A stretch of DNA of 45,383 nt from an uncultured Sphingomonadaceae bacterium (GTDB lineage: Bacteria; Pseudomonadota; Alphaproteobacteria; Sphingomonadales; Sphingomonadaceae): the NCBI GenBank assembly GCA_964252145.1, contig CAXUMU010000003.1, positions 1 through 45,383 of the forward strand. The letters run 5' to 3'. Shown here in pieces: positions 1 to 8,297 of the stretch. The translations under genes and the position numbers were made by a program. The notes below the pieces were generated by a model. The model ran no database searches. It saw nothing but the letters and a program-made list of their open reading frames with translations, and was not told where the DNA came from. Numbering within the stretch: the stretch's first letter is position 1; the number at the start of each line of letters is the position of its first letter.

Positions 1-51
1 GCTTTAGGCAAGCTCCCTCTCCCCGGCGGGGAGAGGGAGCTTGCCTAAAGC
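1..51. repeat. Perfect 24-bp-stem hairpin (REP-like palindrome), possibly a terminator for the minus-strand gene ending at 45
   Basis: Bases 1-24 (gctttaggcaagctccctctcccc) are the exact reverse complement of 28-51, with loop 25-27. The right arm contains the TAG stop (45-47, minus strand) and last codons of the MetE-like gene. The window edge hides whatever follows on the minus strand. Confidence 0.7.
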
Positions 52-1169
52 TCGCCCCACATGTCCTGGGCGATCTCCACGATCATCTCCAGCTTGGCCT
101 TCTGCTGGTCCTCGGTGATGTCGTTGCCCTCGTAGGTGGACGAGAAGCCGCACTGCGCGCTGAGGCACAATTGCTCCATCGGCGCGAACTTGGCGGCGGC
201 CTCGATCCGGCGCTTGATCTCGTCCTTGGATTCCAGCTCGCCGCGCTTGGAGGTGACGAGGCCCAGCACGACGCGCTTGTGGCCCTTGGGCAGCAGCCGC
301 AGCGGCTCGAACCCGCCCGAGCGATCGTCGTCGAACTCCAGGAAATAGCCGTCGACGTCGAGCTCGTTGAACAGCGCGTCGGCGACATAGTCGTAGCTGC
401 CCGACGCGGCCCAGCTGGAGCGGAAATTGCCGCGGCACAGATGCGTCGTCAGCGTCATGCCGGCGGGCTTGTTCTTCACCGCCTCGTTGATGATGCGGAT
501 GTAGATCTCGTGCTGGGTGTCGGCATCGCCGCCCTGCGACGCGATCAGGCTGCGCTGCGCCGGATCGTTCAGATAGGCGAGGCTGGTGTCGTCCAGCTGC
601 AGATAGGTGCAGCCGAGTGCGTCGAGCTTCGCGATCTCCTGCGCATAGACGCTCGACAGGTCGGCGTAGAACTCCTGCAGGTCGGGATAGACCGCCTCGT
701 CCACCGCCTTGCGGCCGCCGCGATAGTGCACCATCGACGGGCTGGGGATGGTCAGCTTAGGCACGCCCCTGCCGATATTGTCCTTCACGAACAGGAAGTC
801 GCGCTCGAAGATCGTCGACGGCATGCTGAGCTTGTCGACCACCTTCAGCGCATGCAGCACGACGTCGACGTCGCCGCCCTCGTTCTGGAACTGGATGTGG
901 ATGTCGCCCGACTGCTCCTCGATCCCGCCGATCTGATAGATATAATCCATGTGCCACGATCCGCGGCGGACCTCGCCGTCGGTCACGCCCAGCAGGCCGA
1001 CATCCTGCTGCAGCTTGATCACCTCGAGCACCGCCTTGTCCTCGATCGCGCGGAAGGCGTCGGCGGCGATCTCGCGGCGCTTCAACTGCTCGCGCGCCTC
1101 GAGCAGGTAGCGGGGGCGGAGCAGGCTGCCGACATGGTCGGCGCGAAACGGCGGACGGGTGCTGGTCAT
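45..1169 (-). CDS. Cobalamin-independent methionine synthase family protein (MetE C-terminal-like, Meth_synt_2)
   Basis: 374-aa ORF. N-terminus FRADHVGSLLRP and overall length and layout are typical of the short MetE-like/YxjG-type methyltransferases. ATG at 1167-1169. Confidence 0.85.
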   Translation of the reverse strand: MTSTRPPFRADHVGSLLRPRYLLEAREQLKRREIAADAFRAIEDKAVLEVIKLQQDVGLLGVTDGEVRRGSWHMDYIYQIGGIEEQSGDIHIQFQNEGGDVDVVLHALKVVDKLSMPSTIFERDFLFVKDNIGRGVPKLTIPSPSMVHYRGGRKAVDEAVYPDLQEFYADLSSVYAQEIAKLDALGCTYLQLDDTSLAYLNDPAQRSLIASQGGDADTQHEIYIRIINEAVKNKPAGMTLTTHLCRGNFRSSWAASGSYDYVADALFNELDVDGYFLEFDDDRSGGFEPLRLLPKGHKRVVLGLVTSKRGELESKDEIKRRIEAAAKFAPMEQLCLSAQCGFSSTYEGNDITEDQQKAKLEMIVEIAQDMWGEL

Positions 1170-1295
1170 GCGCGTATCCCGATAAGGTGGAATGAAGGCG
1201 GAATGGACGCCGCGGGACCCCGCCGGCAGGATATAATGAAGTCCTTATATGCGCCACTTGGGGCTGTCCAGCGACAGTTGACGGAGCAACCGCCG

Positions 1296-1327
1296 CGAAA
1301 AAGGGGCCGGCGCGCGGCCGGCCCCTT
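1296..1327 (-). terminator. Rho-independent terminator downstream of the SWFGD/DUF2171 gene
   Basis: GC-rich stem ggggccggc (1303-1311) pairs with gccggcccc (1317-1325), loop gcgcg. On the minus strand it is followed by TTTTT (plus-strand aaaaa at 1298-1302). It lies 18 nt past the stop at 1345. Confidence 0.7.
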
Positions 1328-1344
1328 CGTTCGAACCGATCGGG

Positions 1345-2220
1345 TCAGTAGGTGCCGGAGAAGCTTCGGCCGAGCGCGTGCGGGCCATCGCCGCGCTCGC
1401 CGCCGGTGTCGCGCGACCGCTCGTCGCGCTCGCGCTCCTCGCGCCAGGCATGCTGCGCCTCGTCGGCGGTCTTGCTGATCTCGACCTTGTCGCCGACCGC
1501 CTGGATCCACGAGACCGGGATCGAATGATGGTGGCCGCCGGCGTCCTGGTCGGACTTGGTCAGGATGATCCGCTCGCCCTTCACCTTGTCCACCGTGCCG
1601 ACATGCTTGCCGTCGGAGCCGACCACCTCCTGATGCTCGCGCACCTGGCCCAGCGCGCCCCGCTGGCGCTCGCGATTCTGGCGCCAGCTGCCGAACTCGC
1701 TCTCGAAGCGCGACTGGTTCTCGCGGCGATAGTCGGCATAGTCGCGGTCGAACGAGTCCATCTGGCGGTCGCGCCACGAGCGGTAGTGCGGATCGTGGAG
1801 ATGCTCGCTCTGCTGGTCGCGGTTGCGGAAGCTCCAGCCGTTGCCGGCATCGGGCGGCACGCCCAGGCCAAAGTTGCCGGTGTCGTGCCGGGTCTGGCTG
1901 TCCCGGCGCGCCGGGCCGTCGTCGCGACGGGCGTAGCGCTCGCGGTCCTCGCCGCTGCGATCATAGTTGCGGCCGAACTCGCGCTGGCCGCGGCCGTCGT
2001 CGCGCGCGTCATAGCGTTCGTCCAGCCGGCGGCGGCGCTCCGCCTCCTCGTCGCCGAACCACGAGCGGACCTCGTCGCCGGCCCGGTCCAGCATGCCGCG
2101 GTCGGCATAGTCATAGCCCTGCGGCGCGCGGCCGTAATCGCCGCGGCCGCGATAGGCATCGCGATCCCGTGCGTCATCCCGGCCGTAGCCGCGGGGACGA
2201 TCGTTGCGTTCGTAACCCAT
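1345..2220 (-). CDS. SWFGD-motif / DUF2171 domain protein with a long R/D/E/G/Y-rich low-complexity N-terminal region
   Basis: 291 aa. Contains SWFGDEEAERRRR and a C-terminal VVGSDGKHVGTVDKVKGERIILTKSD...IPVSWI block characteristic of DUF2171 (PRC-barrel-like). The first ~190 aa are low-complexity charged sequence. Confidence 0.75.
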   Translation of the reverse strand: MGYERNDRPRGYGRDDARDRDAYRGRGDYGRAPQGYDYADRGMLDRAGDEVRSWFGDEEAERRRRLDERYDARDDGRGQREFGRNYDRSGEDRERYARRDDGPARRDSQTRHDTGNFGLGVPPDAGNGWSFRNRDQQSEHLHDPHYRSWRDRQMDSFDRDYADYRRENQSRFESEFGSWRQNRERQRGALGQVREHQEVVGSDGKHVGTVDKVKGERIILTKSDQDAGGHHHSIPVSWIQAVGDKVEISKTADEAQHAWREERERDERSRDTGGERGDGPHALGRSFSGTY

Positions 2221-2406
2221 CTGATCCTCCTTATGTCCTCGACCGGACGCGTGCGGCCGGTCCGGACATAAAATGACGGAGGGTAGGGCTTCGTTCCCGG
2301 CCAGGGCCGAAGCGTGCGCGGTCGGCGGCGGGGAGCCGGCGGGCCGAAAATTCAGGGGCGTTGCATCGCGGCGTGGCGCCCGCTAAAGCGCCGGCCACCG
2401 GGGTGC

Positions 2407-2482
2407 GGGGCTGTAGCTCAGATGGGAGAGCGCTGCAATCGCACTGCAGAGGTCAGGGGTTCGATTCCCCTCAGCTCCACCA
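2407..2482 (+). tRNA. tRNA-Ala, anticodon CGC
   Basis: 76-nt cloverleaf folded by hand. Acceptor GGGGCUG pairs with CAGCUCC and includes the G3:U70 alanine identity pair. D-arm GCUC/GAGC. Anticodon stem CUGCA/UGCAG with loop AUCGCAC (anticodon CGC). T-arm AGGGG-UUCGAUU-CCCCU. Encoded CCA end. Confidence 0.95.
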
Positions 2483-3086
2483 ACACTCCGGTACTGGGTC
2501 CTTGCTATCTAACTGCGTTTCTGCAGGGCGCAGCTCCCACGTGCGTTCCCAGGGCATCGATCGGTTGCCGGCGAGCGGCAGCGGTCTGAGGCGACCATCT
2601 AGGGCTGGGACCTATAAACCGGATTCACATCGCGACCGGCGGCGACCGGATGTGATCAGCCTTCTGCGTTGAAGCGGAGGTGCGGATGGCGGCGAGTTCT
2701 GGTTGAGCGACGAGTCCCAGTCCTGACAGCCGCCAGAATTACCGGCCTAAACTCCGAGAGCTTTGCGTCACTCCGTCGCCACGACGGTTCGATCCGCGCG
2801 GGCGCATTGCTCAATCGCGGGGCCCTGGGAAACGGAAAGCGGTCAGTTGGGATCGGCATCGTGCCAAGGCGCGGCGGATGCATGCAGCACGCCGCGTCCG
2901 GTCTCTCGAAACCGTCGATCAATCGGCGCCGTGTCGCATGGTCTTTAGCTGGTGCCAAATCGTCCACGCTTGTTGACGGGACGCCCACGGCAGCGCTTGT
3001 TGATCCAAGTCAAACCCCGGTTGTGATGGGGGAACGTCGGCGCGGAGCGTGCCTCCGTAATGTTCCCGCTGTTCGAGGAGGCGTAG

Positions 3087-3977
3087 GTGTTGACCCTGCC
3101 TGGCCAGACGAAGACGCCGAAGGCGTGGAACGGCTCGCTCTCTGGTCCGCCGGTGCTCGACCGGCCGGTGTCGACGCTCGTTCCGGCGCTGGTCCGGCAT
3201 TGGCAGGGGATCGATCCGGAGATCGACCAGTCGGCCCTCGATCATCATTATGTCTCGATCCATCTCGGCGGCGCCAAGCGGCTGCGCAGAACCGGCGAAG
3301 GTACGCCGCAGTCGCGCGACACCTGCAGCGGCGCGCACAGCGTCGTGCCCGCGGGTGCGGCTTTCCGGTGGAACACGGAAGGTCCGGTCGACTTCGCGCA
3401 TTTCTACTTCGACACCGGCGCGTTCGATCGCGTGATCGAGGAGGCGTTCGAGCGCGATCCGGCGCGCTTCGATCTGCAGGAGGCGCTTGGCGTCGAGGAC
3501 CCCCTGATCGGCAATCTCGCCTCCGCCGTGCTCGAAGAGCTCCGCGCGGCCGACGTGCAGCGCGTCTATCTCGACGATCTGATGCATCTGCTCGTGGTGA
3601 GGATCCTCCGTCTGCACGCGGGCGCGGCCGTGCCGACGGCCAGCGTAGCCCAGTTGTTGGCGCCGTTCCGGTTGCGGCGGGCGGTCGACTTCATCGAGGA
3701 AAATCTGGGGCACCCGATCGGTGTGGCCGAGATCGCGATGGCGGCCGGGATCAGCGCCTATCATTTCAGCCGCGCGTTCCGGCAAGCGACCGGCAAGCCG
3801 CCCTACGCCTTCCTGCTCGACCGCCGTCTGGAACGCGCCAAGCAGTTGCTGGGCACGGCCGATGCGCCGCTGACGGCGGTCTCGCGCGAATGCGGCTTCA
3901 CCAGCCTCAGCCAGTTCTCGCGGACGTTCCGCCGCGGCGTGGGCGTCACGCCGAGCGGGTATCGCAACCGCCGCTGA
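3087..3977 (+). CDS. AraC family transcriptional regulator
   Basis: C-terminal double HTH (IAMAAGISAYHFSRAFRQATGKPPYAFLLDRRLERAKQLL...CGFTSLSQFSRTFRRGVGVTPSGYR). GTG start preceded by GAGGAGG. Confidence 0.9.
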   Translation: MLTLPGQTKTPKAWNGSLSGPPVLDRPVSTLVPALVRHWQGIDPEIDQSALDHHYVSIHLGGAKRLRRTGEGTPQSRDTCSGAHSVVPAGAAFRWNTEGPVDFAHFYFDTGAFDRVIEEAFERDPARFDLQEALGVEDPLIGNLASAVLEELRAADVQRVYLDDLMHLLVVRILRLHAGAAVPTASVAQLLAPFRLRRAVDFIEENLGHPIGVAEIAMAAGISAYHFSRAFRQATGKPPYAFLLDRRLERAKQLLGTADAPLTAVSRECGFTSLSQFSRTFRRGVGVTPSGYRNRR

Positions 3978-3980
3978 CCC

Positions 3981-4358
3981 TCAGCCGGGGAAGGCGATCG
4001 TCGACATCAGCGCGATCTGCGAACGACGCGAGTCCAACCGGGTATGCTGGACGACGACCGGCACGTCCGACCGCAGCACCGAGGCATAGTCGGTATCGCG
4101 CGGGACCGGCCCGGGATCGCTCAACGCGTTGAAGCGCAGGTGCAGCGTCCGCTCGGACGCGACCGTGAGCCGATACGGGCCGACCGGCGCGCGATCGACG
4201 AAATACAGCATGATCTCGACATGCGCGTCCGCCTCGCCGGCATCCAGGATGCACGCCGCCTCGCGGCTGAGCAGCGGGCGGCCCGCGCCCGGCAGGCTCT
4301 CGCTGGGGATGAAGCCCTCCGGGATCGCCCAGCAGGTTCGGCCGATCGCCTCGCTCAC
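3981..4358 (-). CDS. Sensory rhodopsin transducer (ASRT) family protein
   Basis: ~125 aa. The sequence WAIPEGFIPS...HVEIMLYFVDRAPVGPYRLTV...RFNALSDP...VVVQHTRLDSRRSQIALMSTIAF resembles the ASRT/TM1070 beta-sandwich family. GTG start at 4356-4358 overlaps the upstream stop (GTGA), with GGAGA upstream. Confidence 0.7.
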   Translation of the reverse strand: MSEAIGRTCWAIPEGFIPSESLPGAGRPLLSREAACILDAGEADAHVEIMLYFVDRAPVGPYRLTVASERTLHLRFNALSDPGPVPRDTDYASVLRSDVPVVVQHTRLDSRRSQIALMSTIAFPG

Positions 4359-6145
4359 GGCTTCTCTCCGCCCGTGAGTGCGGCGAATACCTGCCGGGCT
4401 GCGCCCGCGATGACCGAGCCCTCGCTCGCCTCTCCCTTGACCAGCGCGGAGGTGAACGCGCGCGCCTGATCGAGCGTGATGTGCGGCGGCAGCGGCGGCA
4501 CCTCCGGATCGGTCTTGATCTCGAGCACGACCGGCCGGCGGGCGGCGAGCGCCCGATCCCAGGCGGGGCCGACCTGATCCGGTCGATCGACGTAGATGCC
4601 TTCCAGGCCGATCATCTCGGCGAACCGGGAATATGGTACGTCCGGCAACGTCTGCGTCGCCTCGAACTTGGGGTTGCCCTCCATCACCCGCTGCTCCCAG
4701 GTGACCTGATTGAGATCCTCGTTGTTGAGCACCATCACGATCAGCCGCGGGTCGGACCATTGCCGCCAATATTTCGCGATGGTGATCAGCTCGGCCATGT
4801 TGTTCATCTGCATCGCGCCGTCCCCGACGAGCGCGATCACCGGCCGCGTCGGATAGGCGAACTTGGCAGCGATCGCATACGGCACCGCCGCGCCCATCGA
4901 GGCGAGGCCGCCGGAGAGCGAACCCATCATGCCGCGCCGCATCTTCAGATCGCGCGCATACCAATTGGCGCAGGAGCCGGAATCACAGGTGAGGATCACG
5001 TCGTCGGGCAACCGCGACGACAGCTCCCAGAACGGCAGCTGCGGATTGACCGGCGTCGCATCGACATGCGCGCGCGCGTCCAGCGTCTTCCACCAGTCCG
5101 CCGTCGAGCCGGCGATCTCCTGCCGCCAGCCATCGTCCTGCTTCTGGTCTAGCAGCGGCAGCAGCGCGTCCAGCGTCGCGCCGACATCTCCCGTGAGGTT
5201 GACCTCCATCGGGTAGCGGATCGACAGCATGCCGGGATCGAGATCGACCTGCACCCCGCGTGCATCCCCCTCCCTGGGCAGGAACTCGGCATAGGGGAAG
5301 CCCGAGCCCAGCATCAGCAGCGTGTCGCACCCCATCATCAGATCGTAGCTGGGCTTCGTGCCGAGCAGTCCAATCGATCCGGTAACCCACGGCAGGTCGT
5401 CCGGCAGCACCTGCTTGCCGAGCAGCGCCTTGGCGGCGCCGGCCTGCAGGCGGTCTGCCACCGCGATCACCTGGTCCGTCGCCGCCTTCGCCCCCGCACC
5501 GACCAGGATCGCGACCTTCTTGCCGGCGTTCAGCGCATCGGCGGCGCGGCGCAGGTCGGTATCGGTCGGGACGACCTTCGGCGCGGTCCAGCCGATGCCG
5601 GAGAACACCGCGCCGTGGCGGCGCGGTGGGTGCTCCATCTTCGCGTCCTGCAACTCGATCGGCAGGATCAAGGCCGTCACCCGGCGGTGGCCCAGCGCGA
5701 TGCGCACGGCGCGGTCGATCAGGTGGCGCACCTGCGCGGGCACCATCGCCGTCTGCACGAACGCGCTCGCGACGTCCTTGAACATCGCCTGCAGGTCGAA
5801 CTCCTGCTGGTAATGCGCGCCAATCGCGGTGCGCGCCTGCTGCCCGGCGATGGCGAGCACCGGCATGTGATCGAGCGCGGCATCGTACAGGCCGGTGAGG
5901 AGGTGCGATGCGCCGGGGCCCGAGGTCGCCAGGCAGACGCCCAGCTCGCCGGTGAACTTGGCATGCGCCGAGGCCATGAACGCCGCCATCTCCTCGTGCC
6001 GCACCTGCACGAACGCGATGTCGCCGTCCCGTCGCTGGAGCGCCCCGAGCAGGCCGTTGATGCCGTCGCCCGGATAGCCGAACACGCGGCGCACGCCCCA
6101 CTGGTGCAGCCGCTCCCAGAAGAAGTCTCCGACCGTCTCGCTCAT
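4355..6145 (-). CDS. Thiamine-diphosphate-dependent enzyme, pyruvate oxidase / PoxB-like
   Basis: 596 aa from MSETVGDFFWERL. Contains GYPGDGINGL, VRHEEMAAFMASAHAKFTGELGVCLATSGPGASHLLTGLYDA, and the ThDP motif GDGAMQMNN...LNN. The supplied 1023-aa ORF is a 5' over-extension into the next gene. Confidence 0.88.
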   Translation of the reverse strand: MSETVGDFFWERLHQWGVRRVFGYPGDGINGLLGALQRRDGDIAFVQVRHEEMAAFMASAHAKFTGELGVCLATSGPGASHLLTGLYDAALDHMPVLAIAGQQARTAIGAHYQQEFDLQAMFKDVASAFVQTAMVPAQVRHLIDRAVRIALGHRRVTALILPIELQDAKMEHPPRRHGAVFSGIGWTAPKVVPTDTDLRRAADALNAGKKVAILVGAGAKAATDQVIAVADRLQAGAAKALLGKQVLPDDLPWVTGSIGLLGTKPSYDLMMGCDTLLMLGSGFPYAEFLPREGDARGVQVDLDPGMLSIRYPMEVNLTGDVGATLDALLPLLDQKQDDGWRQEIAGSTADWWKTLDARAHVDATPVNPQLPFWELSSRLPDDVILTCDSGSCANWYARDLKMRRGMMGSLSGGLASMGAAVPYAIAAKFAYPTRPVIALVGDGAMQMNNMAELITIAKYWRQWSDPRLIVMVLNNEDLNQVTWEQRVMEGNPKFEATQTLPDVPYSRFAEMIGLEGIYVDRPDQVGPAWDRALAARRPVVLEIKTDPEVPPLPPHITLDQARAFTSALVKGEASEGSVIAGAARQVFAALTGGEKP

Positions 6146-7407
6146 GTCATGCTCCGTGGATCGCCCGCGGGCCTCCGCCCGTCGTCCGGGAAGGACGGCA
6201 GCAGAAACGATGGACGGGTGGCGAGATGTTCCGCGCAAAGCTGATCGAGGCGGCTGATGCCCAGCAGACCCATCGCGTCGCAGGTCTCCTTGCGCAGGAT
6301 CGACAGCGCCCGCTCGACGCCCTGCGCGCCGCCGGCACGCAGTCCGTAGAGCGGCGCACGGCCGGCCAGGACCGCATCGGCGCCGAGCGCGACCGCCTTC
6401 AGGATATCGGTGCCGCGGCGGATCCCGCCGGACAGCAGGAGCGGGAACCCGTCCCCGACGATGTCGCGCACGCGTGACAGCACGTCGAGCGGGGCGACCG
6501 CCCAATCCATCTGCCGGCCGCCGTGGCTGGACAGCACGACGCCGTCCACGCCGTGATCCAGCGCGATCCGCACGTCGGCGGGGTGGAGCAGCCCCTTGAG
6601 CAGGAACGGCCGCTTCCACCGCGCGCGGATCGCCCTCACCGTGTCCCATGAGAGCGAGCGGGGCATCTGCCCGCGGATCCACGTGGCGCTGGCGAAGAAG
6701 CTGCGCTGATCGGACGGGACGAACTCGACGACGTTGACGAAGGCGGGCATGCCGCGATCCAGCGTGCGCGCGATCCAGCCCGGATGGAGCGCCGCATCGG
6801 CGATCGTCGCCGGCGACGGCTTGCCCGCGGCCATCGTGCGGTCTTCCCACGCACGGTTGCCGAAAATCTGCGAATTGCTGGTGAGGATCAGCGCCTCGCA
6901 CCCGGCCTGCTCCGCGCGATCGACCAGCGACCGCCACACCCGCTCCTCGCCGAACACGTAGAGCTGAAACCAGTGCCGCAGATTGGCGATCGCGGCGACA
7001 TCCTCGATCCGGTCGTTGGACATCGTGCTCTGCACGAACGGCACGCCGGCGGCGGCAGCGCCGATGGCGAGCGCGATGTCGGCGCCCCGGCAGAATACGC
7101 CGTTCAGTCCGGTCGGGGCGATGCCGAGCGGCAAGGGTGCGGGGGTGCCGAGGAGGTCGGCTTCGCTCCGCCGGTCGCTCACGTCGACGAGGGTGCGCGG
7201 CACGAAGCGCCAGTCGGCAAAGATCGTCCGCTCGCGATCGAGAGTCGCCTCGTCCTCGGCGCCGCCTTCGAGATATTCCAGCGCGAACCGCGGCAGCCGG
7301 CGGTGCGTCCGCGCACGCAGCTCGGCGATCGTGCGCGCCCGGTCGAGATCGCTGCCGACATAGTAGCGCCGCTTCGGGCTGCCGGCGAGCTGTGCGGCGG
7401 CCATCAC
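6142..7407 (-). CDS. FMN-dependent alpha-hydroxy-acid oxidase/dehydrogenase (L-lactate/mandelate dehydrogenase family)
   Basis: 421 aa with the PRFALEYLEGGAEDEATL N-terminus and SSHGGRQMD and GGIRRGTDILKAVALGA motifs. Stop overlaps the ThDP gene start (ATGA at 6142-6145). Confidence 0.88.
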   Translation of the reverse strand: MMAAAQLAGSPKRRYYVGSDLDRARTIAELRARTHRRLPRFALEYLEGGAEDEATLDRERTIFADWRFVPRTLVDVSDRRSEADLLGTPAPLPLGIAPTGLNGVFCRGADIALAIGAAAAGVPFVQSTMSNDRIEDVAAIANLRHWFQLYVFGEERVWRSLVDRAEQAGCEALILTSNSQIFGNRAWEDRTMAAGKPSPATIADAALHPGWIARTLDRGMPAFVNVVEFVPSDQRSFFASATWIRGQMPRSLSWDTVRAIRARWKRPFLLKGLLHPADVRIALDHGVDGVVLSSHGGRQMDWAVAPLDVLSRVRDIVGDGFPLLLSGGIRRGTDILKAVALGADAVLAGRAPLYGLRAGGAQGVERALSILRKETCDAMGLLGISRLDQLCAEHLATRPSFLLPSFPDDGRRPAGDPRSMT

Positions 7408-8297
7408 CGGCGTCGCACCACCGCACAGCGCAGATCCTGATCAGACTGTGAGTAATAGAGCAGCACCTTGCCGTCCCGCTCCACGGCGGAAGCTGCGAAG
7501 GCGATGTCGGTCGCGCCGTCGCTGATCGGCCCCTCGCATGCGATCAGGGGTTCCTCGCATCGTGCGACGATCTTGGTCAGGCGCCGGTCGAATGTCGCCC
7601 AGCCGATCCGCCACTGCGCGCCCTGCGTCGCGCCGTTGTAGAACATCGTCGGCCGGGCGGTCCCTTCGCCGACGATCGGCCCCGCGCTCAGATGCCAGCA
7701 GTCCCAGCGGTCGGCGCGCGGCCGGATCGGCGATGGGGCGACGTCGGTCCACGGCCCGTCGAGATCGTCCGCCTCGGCTTGACCGATCAGCGAGGCCCCA
7801 TCGTGCGCATATTCGAAATACATCCGCCAGCGGCCCGGCGCCGTCGCGGCGACGGTCGCCTCCTTCGGATTGGTGAACGCCGGCGTGGAATCGATCGCGA
7901 GGCCGGCCTTGGCGAGCTTCGCAACCTCCGGCCCGCGCGCGAGCAGCAGCCGACCGGTCTTCTGCTTCTCGTTGTAGCCGGTGTACCAGACGCGTAGCGT
8001 GCTCCCGTCGACACGCACGGTCGGGTCCTCGCACCCATCGAGATCGACGAGGTCGGGACCGGGAAAGATCGTCGGCGCCACGTCCATCTCGAAATGGCGG
8101 CCGTCCTCGGAGACGCCGTGCCAGATCTCGGCCATCTTGAGCCGCGGCTCGTCGTCGCGGCGCGGCACCGCGCGCACCAGCAGGCGGAACCGCTCGCCGT
8201 CGTGCCACACGAACGGGCTGAGCACGTACATGTTGGCCAGCCGGTTGGTGCGATGCATCGTCAGCGGCTCGGCCGAGACGAGTTCCCACCCCGGCAT
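7404..8297 (-). CDS. GH130-like / DUF377 glycosidase-related five-bladed beta-propeller protein
   Basis: 297 aa. GCEDPTVRVDG...WYTGY, NPKEATV and FYNGA segments resemble GH130/DUF377 phosphorylase-type propellers. The assignment is by eye only. Overlapping junctions at both ends. Confidence 0.6.
   Translation of the reverse strand: MPGWELVSAEPLTMHRTNRLANMYVLSPFVWHDGERFRLLVRAVPRRDDEPRLKMAEIWHGVSEDGRHFEMDVAPTIFPGPDLVDLDGCEDPTVRVDGSTLRVWYTGYNEKQKTGRLLLARGPEVAKLAKAGLAIDSTPAFTNPKEATVAATAPGRWRMYFEYAHDGASLIGQAEADDLDGPWTDVAPSPIRPRADRWDCWHLSAGPIVGEGTARPTMFYNGATQGAQWRIGWATFDRRLTKIVARCEEPLIACEGPISDGATDIAFAASAVERDGKVLLYYSQSDQDLRCAVVRRR

Noticed and set aside
1170-1294. Possible cobalamin or SAM riboswitch in the 5' leader of the MetE-like gene
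   Set aside because: The leader is only about 125 nt. I could not find the B12-box or a SAM-II-like pseudoknot consensus by eye. An Rfam scan would be needed to exclude it fully.
171-1478. 435-aa plus-strand ORF, and similar long antisense ORFs (9464..10948 minus, 25830..27089 minus, 27507..29342 minus, 37801..39219 minus, 33046..34449 minus, 17222..18706 plus)
   Set aside because: Each lies opposite a gene with strong family motifs. Their products are low-complexity R/A/G/P strings without an RBS or recognisable domains.
4355-7426. Single 1023-aa ORF suggesting a giant fusion protein
   Set aside because: Only the C-terminal 596 aa (from MSETVGD at 6145) have ThDP-enzyme similarity. The upstream part is an out-of-frame read-through of the FMN oxidase gene, which is encoded in another frame (6142..7407).
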